A stretch of DNA of 63,696 nucleotides from Erysipelotrichaceae bacterium (GTDB lineage: Bacteria > Bacillota_I > Bacilli_A > RFN20 > CAG-631), in the NCBI GenBank assembly GCA_022767485.1, contig JALEMY010000092.1, positions 1 to 63,696 of the forward strand, in the 5' to 3' direction. Under the pieces are notes generated by a model. It was not told the DNA's origin. It ran no database searches and worked only from the letters and a program-made list of their open reading frames with translations. Both the position numbers and the translations under genes were made by a program. This document shows, one piece after another, positions 57,915 to 63,696 of the stretch (its first letter is position 1; every line of letters starts with the position of its first letter).

Positions 57915-58661
57915 ATGGAATTATTTTTAACATTAACTTTTTTGTTTGTTACAGGTTCGATACTAGGATGGTTTTTAGAACTAATTTTTAGAAGATTTTT
58001 TTCAGCAAAAAGATGGATTAATCCTGGTTTTTTGACAGGTCCATATCTTCCTTTATATGGCTTTTCTTTAGCATCATTGTTTTTAATGTCTAGAATAGAA
58101 TTAACTTTTATAAAAAATGAAGTATTAAATAAAATTGTTTTAATTTTATTAATGGGTATTGTTGTTACTTTAATAGAGTATCTTGCTGGCTTAATCTTTA
58201 TTAAAGGACTTAAAACAAAACTATGGGATTATTCTAATCAAAAAGGAAATATTCAAGGTATTATTTGTCCTTTGTTTTCAACATTTTGGTTAATTATATG
58301 TGCAATATATAATTTATTATTGGATAAATATGTGATGCAAATGACTACATGGTTTAACAACAATATTGCTTATTCATTTTTTATAGGCGTTGTTTTTGGT
58401 ATAATGATTATCGATTTTGCTATTTCTTTAAATTTAGCTACAAAGATAAAAAAATTAGCAAAGGAAAAGCAAATTGTAGTCAAATGGGAAACTTTAAAAC
58501 AAAGTGTTGCACTTCATCTTGATGAAATGAAACAAAAAGTAAACTTTTTCTTCCCATTTAAATCCAATATATCATTAAAAGAAAATATTGATAATTATAT
58601 TGTCCATATAAAGAAAAACTACGAAGACAAAAAGAAGAAAAATGATTTGACAAAAAAATGA
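57915..58661 (+). CDS. Polytopic membrane protein (CmpB / 'putative ABC-transporter type IV', PF06541-like)
   Basis: GSILGWFLELIFRRF N-terminus, about 6 TM segments and a basic tail. The family is from recollection. Confidence 0.5.
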   Translation: MELFLTLTFLFVTGSILGWFLELIFRRFFSAKRWINPGFLTGPYLPLYGFSLASLFLMSRIELTFIKNEVLNKIVLILLMGIVVTLIEYLAGLIFIKGLKTKLWDYSNQKGNIQGIICPLFSTFWLIICAIYNLLLDKYVMQMTTWFNNNIAYSFFIGVVFGIMIIDFAISLNLATKIKKLAKEKQIVVKWETLKQSVALHLDEMKQKVNFFFPFKSNISLKENIDNYIVHIKKNYEDKKKKNDLTKK

Positions 58662-58675
58662 ATTTGACATATAAT
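58647..58675 (+). promoter_or_regulatory. Consensus sigma-A promoter of the infC-rpmI-rplT operon
   Basis: TTGACA (58647-58652), a 17-nt spacer, then TATAAT (58670-58675). Both hexamers are perfect. It overlaps the stop of the upstream gene. Confidence 0.7.
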
Positions 58676-58681
58676 ATACTA

Positions 58682-58813
58682 GCAACAAGAGTTGTGGAAA
58701 GAAGAGGCGCCCGCTTCTCACCTGATTTTAAAATGATAAAATAGGTATCAAGTCACAATCAATAATCAATAGTTATGATTTTTTAAGGGCGCATCTTGCG
58801 TCCTTTTATTTTG
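58682..58813 (+). promoter_or_regulatory. L20-leader-type attenuator upstream of infC
   Basis: Terminator hairpin AAGGGCGCA-TCT-TGCGTCCTT (58785-58805) followed by a T-run. An upstream GGCGCCC (about 58707-58713) is complementary to the GGGCGC of the terminator 5' arm, giving an alternative pairing. It sits in front of infC-rpmI-rplT. Confidence 0.6.
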
Positions 58814-58829
58814 TAAGAAAGAAGGTATC

Positions 58830-59390
58830 ATTATTAACAATTATTCATTCAACAATAACCGTATGCCACAAAACAAAAATTCCGAATACATTGTAAATGA
58901 ATCGATTCGTTTTCCCAAAGTACTAGTCATTGATGAAAATGGTAACGCATTAGGTGTAAAGGATAGAAGAGAAGCTTTAGCATTAGCTAAAGAAGCAAAT
59001 TTAGACTTATATTGCATTTCTCCTAATTCTACACCACCAGTATGTAAAATTTTAGATTTTGGTAAGTACAGATATCAATTAGAAAAGAAGAAAAAAGAAA
59101 ATGAAAAGAAACAAAAAGCAATGATTCAAGACTTAAAACAAATTCAATTAAGTCCTGTGATTGATACACATGACATTGAAACAAAAGTAAGACAATCAAT
59201 TAACCATTTGAAAAATGGTGATAAAATCAGAGTTGTCGTTCGTTTTAAGGGAAGACAAATGGCACATCCTGAAGTTGGTGAAGAAGTAATGAACCGCTTT
59301 ATTGCAATGTGTGGAGATGCTGCAGTTGTAGAGAAAAAACCAGTTATGGATGGTAGAAATCTTCTTGCGACTTTAGCTCCAAAGAAGTAG
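58830..59390 (+). CDS. infC: Translation initiation factor IF-3
   Basis: IVNESIRFPKVLVIDENG, PPVCKILDFGKYRYQ and the C-domain are canonical IF-3. The ORF-track ATG (58863) has no SD. A strong SD (GAAAGAAGG, 58817-58825) precedes in-frame ATC/ATT/ATT at 58827/58830/58833, so a non-AUG start is likely. Confidence 0.85.
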   Translation: MINNYSFNNNRMPQNKNSEYIVNESIRFPKVLVIDENGNALGVKDRREALALAKEANLDLYCISPNSTPPVCKILDFGKYRYQLEKKKKENEKKQKAMIQDLKQIQLSPVIDTHDIETKVRQSINHLKNGDKIRVVVRFKGRQMAHPEVGEEVMNRFIAMCGDAAVVEKKPVMDGRNLLATLAPKK

Positions 59391-59410
59391 TACATTAGGA
59401 GGAAATAAAT

Positions 59411-59605
59411 ATGCCAAAAATGAAATCAAAGAAAGCCTTAACTAAGAGAATTAAAATCACTGGTACAGGCAAATTAAAAAGAAAATGTGCAAATATGTCT
59501 CACTTAGCACCAATTCGTTCAGAAAAACAAAAGAGACATTTAAGTAAAGCAAGATTAGTTTCAAAAAGTGATGCAAAGAGACTAGAGCCTTGCATTCAAA
59601 AGTAG
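59411..59605 (+). CDS. rpmI: 50S ribosomal protein L35
   Basis: MPKMKSKKALTKRIKITGTGKLKR, 64 aa. SD AGGAGG. Confidence 0.95.
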   Translation: MPKMKSKKALTKRIKITGTGKLKRKCANMSHLAPIRSEKQKRHLSKARLVSKSDAKRLEPCIQK

Positions 59606-59617
59606 GAGGATAAAAGA

Positions 59618-59974
59618 ATGAGAGTTAAAGGTGGACCAGCTACAAGAAATAGAAGAAAAAAAGTTTTAAAACTAGCTAAAGGATATTATGGTTCAAAACA
59701 TCGTCTTTTTAGAACTGCTAAAGAACAAGTTGTTAAATCATTATATTACTCTTTTAGAGATAGAAAACAAACTAAGAGAAACTTTAGAAAATTATGGATC
59801 GTTAGAATTAACGCTGCTGCAAATCAATGTGGTATCAACTATTCTACAATGATGCATGGATTAAAAGTTGCTAATATCGATATTAATCGTAAGATGTTAT
59901 CTGAAATCGCAATCAATGATTTCACTACATTTGCTCAACTTGCTGAAACAGCAAAAAAAGCATTAGCAAAGTAA
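59618..59974 (+). CDS. rplT: 50S ribosomal protein L20
   Basis: [25 protein letters not shown], 118 aa. SD AGGAGG. Confidence 0.95.
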   Translation: MRVKGGPATRNRRKKVLKLAKGYYGSKHRLFRTAKEQVVKSLYYSFRDRKQTKRNFRKLWIVRINAAANQCGINYSTMMHGLKVANIDINRKMLSEIAINDFTTFAQLAETAKKALAK

Positions 59975-59996
59975 TTAATAAATTTTTAATATAAAT

Positions 59997-60030
59997 AGAA
60001 AATCGTATAGAATCCACTATACGATTTTTT
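59997..60030. terminator. Bidirectional terminator between rplT and pepT
   Basis: AAAATCGTATAG pairs with CTATACGATTTT (12 bp) with a 6-nt loop, followed by a T-run (60025-60030). Confidence 0.75.
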
Positions 60031-60034
60031 AATA

Positions 60035-61249
60035 TTATAAGTCTTTTACTCGTGCAATTTCTTGTACTATTTTCACCATTTGACGCATTTGTGTTAGATT
60101 TGCATATTCATATCGGCCATGGAAATTATATCCTCCATCACCAAGGTTTGGACAAGGTAGATTTAAAAATGATAAGTTTGCTCCATCGGTTCCACCACGT
60201 ATTGGTTCAAAGCGATAGTCTATATTTAACTTTTTATAAGCATCGGTAACTTTATCAATTACTTCATAATGTTTTTCAATGACTTCCTTCATGTTTTTAT
60301 AACCTTCTTTTAATGTTAAGGAAACAAAATTACCATGATATTTATCGTCTATTTTTTCTTTAGCAGTAACGAAATCATTCATTTGTCTTTTTAAAATATT
60401 AGCATCATGATTTCTAATTATATAATGAAGGGTAGTATGTTCAACATCACCATTTATATCGCAAAGATGATGGAATCCTTGGTATTTAAAAGTATTACTA
60501 GGTAGTTCATCTTTAGGTAATAAATCATCAAATTCTTTAGCAAGCAAAATAGAATTTATCATTTTATCTTTTGCACTTCCCGGATGAATGTTAATTCCTT
60601 TTATTTCAACTATTGCACTTGCAGCATTAAAATTTTCATATTCGATAATATGAATATCACCACCATCTAATGTATAGGCATAGTCACAATCAAAAAATTC
60701 TACATCGAAGTGTTCTGTTCCTCTTCCAATTTCCTCATCTGGTGTAAAGGCTATTTTTATGTCTCCATGAAGATGATTTTTATCGTTTATTATACGATAA
60801 ATGCTTTCAACAATAATAGCGATTCCAGCTTTATCGTCAGCACCAAGAAGAGTTGTTCCATCTGTAACAATTAAATCATCATGAATTTGCTCATTTAATT
60901 CCACAAATTCACTTGGATCTAAAAAAGTGTTTTCATTTAACATTATTTTACTACCATCATAATTTCTTATAATTCTTGGATGTATGTTTGCTCCACTACA
61001 ATCACTAGATGTGTCCATATGTGCTATTAGTCCAATAGTTGGGATTTTTTTATTTACATTAGCTTTAATGCTTGCATATACAATACCATACTCATCTAAA
61101 AAGGCATCACTACATCCAATACTTTTTAATTCTTTAACTAGATATTTAGCCAAATCTAATTGTTTTAAAGTTGAAGGAGTAGAGGATGAGTTTTCATCAC
61201 TTTGTGTATCAAAAGAAACATATTTTAAAAATCTTTTTTCTAAATCCAT
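60035..61249 (-). CDS. pepT: Peptidase T (tripeptide aminopeptidase, M20B)
   Basis: RFLKYVSFDTQSDE, IAHMDT, LGADDKAG, TPDEEIG and GGTDG motifs. 404 aa. Confidence 0.92.
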   Translation of the reverse strand: MDLEKRFLKYVSFDTQSDENSSSTPSTLKQLDLAKYLVKELKSIGCSDAFLDEYGIVYASIKANVNKKIPTIGLIAHMDTSSDCSGANIHPRIIRNYDGSKIMLNENTFLDPSEFVELNEQIHDDLIVTDGTTLLGADDKAGIAIIVESIYRIINDKNHLHGDIKIAFTPDEEIGRGTEHFDVEFFDCDYAYTLDGGDIHIIEYENFNAASAIVEIKGINIHPGSAKDKMINSILLAKEFDDLLPKDELPSNTFKYQGFHHLCDINGDVEHTTLHYIIRNHDANILKRQMNDFVTAKEKIDDKYHGNFVSLTLKEGYKNMKEVIEKHYEVIDKVTDAYKKLNIDYRFEPIRGGTDGANLSFLNLPCPNLGDGGYNFHGRYEYANLTQMRQMVKIVQEIARVKDL

Positions 61250-61378
61250 AAATGTCAGTCCTTTCTTTTATGTAATTATAGCACATTTTAAATTATTTTT
61301 TCTTCAAATGATACATTTTTCAACCATAAAGAAAAAAAAGTAGTATAATATGTATGTTTAAATATTAAGGAGATAAAA

Positions 61379-63544
61379 ATGAAAAAAGTTTATGAATTGG
61401 AGTTCTTTGGAAGAACTTTAAAAGTGGAAGTTGGAGAACTTGCCAAACAAGCAAATGGTGCCGTAATTGTTCGTTATGATGACACTGTTATATTATCAAC
61501 AGCATGCTGTTCAAAAGTTGCTAAAACTGGAATTGATTTTTTTCCATTAACTGTATCATTTGAAGAAAAATTATATTCAGTTGGAAAGATTCCTGGATCA
61601 TTTTTAAGACGTGAAGGCCGCCCTAGTGAGCATGCGATTTTAACAGCACGTATCATCGATAGACCAATTCGTCCATTGTTTGATGAAAATTTTAGAAATG
61701 AAGTACAAATAGTTAACTATGCTTTATCAGTTAATCCTGACGTCACACCGGAAATGACTGCTTTATTTGGTTCATCATTGGCACTTTGTATTTCAGATAT
61801 TCCATTTTCTACACCAGTTGCAGGAGTAAAAGTTGGTTATATTGATAATCAATTTGTTACTAATCCAACAAGAGAACAAATGGAACATTCACTAATTGAT
61901 TTAACAGTTGCTGGAACAAAAGAAGCTATCAATATGGTTGAAGCTGGAGCAAAGGAAGTTAGTGAAGAATTAATGCTTCAAGCATTGATGTATGGACATG
62001 AACAAATAAAAAAATTAGTTGCCTTTGAAGAAAAAATAATTGCTGAAGTTGGCAAAGAAAAAATGGTTGTTGAACTATTTAAAATCGATGAAGAAATTCA
62101 AAAAGAAGTATTTGCTAAATGCAAGGCAGATTTAGTTGCTGCATGTAGAATTGAAGGCAAACTAGCAAGATATAATAAAATCGATGAATTAACACAAGCT
62201 GTTATAGATGAATATGAAGCAAGAGAATATGAAAGTGATGAACAACATGATTATGTTATGAAACAAGTTGAAACAATCACTCATGATATTGTAAAAGATG
62301 AAGTACGTCGTTTGATTTCTGTCGATAAAATTAGACCTGATGGTCGTAAACTTGATGAAATTAGACCATTGAATTCACAGGTTGATATTTTGCCTAGAGT
62401 TCATGGATCTGCTTTGTTTACTCGTGGTGAAACTCAAGTTTTATCAATTACTACTCTTGGTGCTTTAGGTGATCAACAAATTCTTGATAATTTAAATCCT
62501 GATGAAGAATTAAAGCGTTTCATGCATCATTATAATTTCCCACCATTTTCTGTTGGAGAAGTTGGTAAAATGGGAAATCCTGGAAGAAGAGAAATTGGAC
62601 ATGGAGCTTTAGGTGAAAGATCATTGCTTCAAGTAATGCCAAGTGAAGATGAATTTCCATATACTGTCCGTGTTGTTTCTGAAGTATTAGAATCAAACGG
62701 ATCATCTTCTCAAGCATCAATATGTGCTGCTACAATGTCATTAATGGCTGCTGGTGTACCAATTAAACGTCCAGTTGCTGGTGTAGCAATGGGTTTAATT
62801 TCCACAGGTGATTTAAATGACCCAAATTGCCCTTATACAATTTTGACTGATATTCAAGGCCAAGAAGATCACTATGGTGATATGGACTTTAAAGTATCTG
62901 GAACAACAAATGGTATAACAGCTTTACAAATGGATATTAAAATAAAAGGTATTACAGAAAATATTTTTAAACAAGCATTAGCTCAAGCGCATAAAGGAAG
63001 ACTTGAAATATTAGATAATATGATGGGTGCTATATCTGAAGTTCGTAGTGATGTTTCAAAATATGCACCAAAACTTGATTGCTTTAATATAAATCCTGAT
63101 CGCATTCGTGATGTTATTGGTCAAGGTGGCAAGACTATTAATGAAATTATTGCTTCATGTGATAATGTAAAAATCGATATTAGCGATGAAGGTAGAGTGG
63201 TTATTTATCATCAAGATAGAGAAGCAATCAACAAAGCAAAAGATATTATTTTAAATATCGTTAAAGAAGCAAAAGTTGGAGAAATTTATGAAGCAAGTGT
63301 TGTAAGAATTGAATCTTATGGCGCATTTGTAAATTTATTTAAAGGCTGTGATGCTTTACTTCATGTATCGCAAATTAAACATGAGAGAGTAAATCATCCA
63401 AAAGATGTATTGAAAATTAACGATAAAGTACGTGTTATCGTTACTGAAATCGATGAAAAAGGCCGTGTAAATGTTTCAGCTAAGGATTTGCTTCCAAAAC
63501 CTGAAAAAGTTGAAAAGAAAGACCATAAAGAGGAAAATAAATAA
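61379..63544 (+). CDS. pnp: Polyribonucleotide nucleotidyltransferase (PNPase)
   Basis: Two RNase PH domains ([20 protein letters not shown]), then a KH domain (IGQGGKTIN) and an S1 domain. 721 aa. SD AAGGAG. Confidence 0.96.
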   Translation: MKKVYELEFFGRTLKVEVGELAKQANGAVIVRYDDTVILSTACCSKVAKTGIDFFPLTVSFEEKLYSVGKIPGSFLRREGRPSEHAILTARIIDRPIRPLFDENFRNEVQIVNYALSVNPDVTPEMTALFGSSLALCISDIPFSTPVAGVKVGYIDNQFVTNPTREQMEHSLIDLTVAGTKEAINMVEAGAKEVSEELMLQALMYGHEQIKKLVAFEEKIIAEVGKEKMVVELFKIDEEIQKEVFAKCKADLVAACRIEGKLARYNKIDELTQAVIDEYEAREYESDEQHDYVMKQVETITHDIVKDEVRRLISVDKIRPDGRKLDEIRPLNSQVDILPRVHGSALFTRGETQVLSITTLGALGDQQILDNLNPDEELKRFMHHYNFPPFSVGEVGKMGNPGRREIGHGALGERSLLQVMPSEDEFPYTVRVVSEVLESNGSSSQASICAATMSLMAAGVPIKRPVAGVAMGLISTGDLNDPNCPYTILTDIQGQEDHYGDMDFKVSGTTNGITALQMDIKIKGITENIFKQALAQAHKGRLEILDNMMGAISEVRSDVSKYAPKLDCFNINPDRIRDVIGQGGKTINEIIASCDNVKIDISDEGRVVIYHQDREAINKAKDIILNIVKEAKVGEIYEASVVRIESYGAFVNLFKGCDALLHVSQIKHERVNHPKDVLKINDKVRVIVTEIDEKGRVNVSAKDLLPKPEKVEKKDHKEENK

Positions 63545-63588
63545 TACAAGAATAAAAAAAGGAGCTGTAAAGAAATAAATTTCTAATC

Positions 63589-63619
63589 AGAAGTTGTTTC
63601 TAAGCAGCTTCTTTTTTTT
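63589..63619 (+). terminator. Intrinsic terminator after pnp
   Basis: AGAAGTTG (63589-63596) pairs with CAGCTTCT (63605-63612, one G-U) and is followed by T8. Confidence 0.65.
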
Positions 63620-63623
63620 CTTT

Positions 63624-63632
63624 TGTGGATAA
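63624..63632 (-). promoter_or_regulatory. Perfect DnaA-box 9-mer (TTATCCACA on the minus strand)
   Basis: The plus strand reads TGTGGATAA, within the 13-mer TTGTGGATAATTT. Confidence 0.5.
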
Positions 63633-63684
63633 TTTTCTGTAAACTTTATAAAAATAGGCATAATGAAAAGAGTTTTGATGAAAT

Positions 63685-63693
63685 TGTGGATAA
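63685..63693 (-). promoter_or_regulatory. Perfect DnaA-box 9-mer (TTATCCACA on the minus strand), second copy
   Basis: The plus strand reads TGTGGATAA, in an identical 13-mer context TTGTGGATAATTT. It has the same orientation as the first copy, 61 bp away, 3 nt from the window end. Confidence 0.5.
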
Positions 63694-63696
63694 TTT

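Noticed and set aside
60984-61343. A 119-aa plus-strand ORF overlapping the pepT start and the pepT/pnp intergenic region.
   Set aside because: It is mostly antisense to the conserved pepT N-terminus, has no SD and is hydrophobic low-complexity sequence. The intergenic part is needed for the divergent pepT and pnp promoters.
1-63696. The possibility that this is a Mollicutes-type genome read with genetic code 4 (TGA = Trp), given the AT-richness and reduced gene set.
   Set aside because: Long conserved genes read through with TGG for Trp. TGA also functions as a stop exactly at gene junctions: for example the DUF4127 stop at 6311-6313 just before the next gene's ATG, the sufS stop at 22371-22373 and the sufD stop at 23593-23595. 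So code 11 applies.
63624-63696. Calling the twin DnaA boxes the chromosomal origin (oriC).
   Set aside because: No dnaA, dnaN or rpmH is in view. Nearly all genes in the right 38 kb point towards this end, which would make them head-on to forks leaving an origin located there. The evidence supports 'DnaA-box pair' only.
1-63696. A search for CRISPR arrays, tRNA/rRNA genes, IS elements, integrases, prophage or plasmid modules.
   Set aside because: I could see no spaced direct-repeat array, no GC-rich cloverleaf-like or rRNA-like segment, and no transposase/integrase/terminase-type ORF. The only tandem repeat is the 2 x 42-bp coding repeat at 35351-35434.

Overview
The window is visibly AT-rich (roughly 70% A+T by eye) and looks like core chromosome from a low-GC Firmicute, possibly Erysipelotrichia- or Bacilli-like. 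It uses the standard genetic code: TGA is used as a stop and Trp is encoded by TGG. I can support about 57 protein-coding genes. Most are housekeeping:
- Fe-S assembly: sufC-sufD-sufS-sufU-sufB
- Glycogen synthesis: glgC-glgD-glgA
- A block with Bacillus-like gene order: pth-mfd-(one unknown gene)-tilS-ftsH-hslO
- trpS-HAD-ferredoxin
- Others: gpmI, pgi, infC-rpmI-rplT, pepT, pnp, ppa

Three cis-regulatory RNAs are recognisable directly from sequence: a TPP riboswitch before thiT, a Trp T-box leader before trpS, and an L20-type leader with terminator before infC. Several intrinsic terminators and one consensus sigma-A promoter are also readable.

I saw no rRNA or tRNA genes, CRISPR array, transposase, integrase, prophage genes or obvious defence island. 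I therefore cannot point to one clear-cut novel system. These are the stretches most worth a second look:
1. An SF2 helicase with a transmembrane hairpin and an unassigned C-terminal domain (11217-13841).
2. Two unusual c-di-GMP-type proteins. One is a TM-PAS-degenerate GGDEF-HD-GYP-PAS-GGDEF hybrid (101-3073). The other is a membrane PAS/GGDEF/EAL-like protein with every catalytic motif degenerate (48605-50389).
3. A tight DUF4127 / NPP-like phosphodiesterase / zinc-ribbon membrane protein / ppa operon (3208-7834).
4. Two identical perfect DnaA-box 9-mers at the right edge (63624-63693).

All family assignments come from motifs I recognise by eye. No HMM or BLAST search was run, so DUF-level names are tentative.
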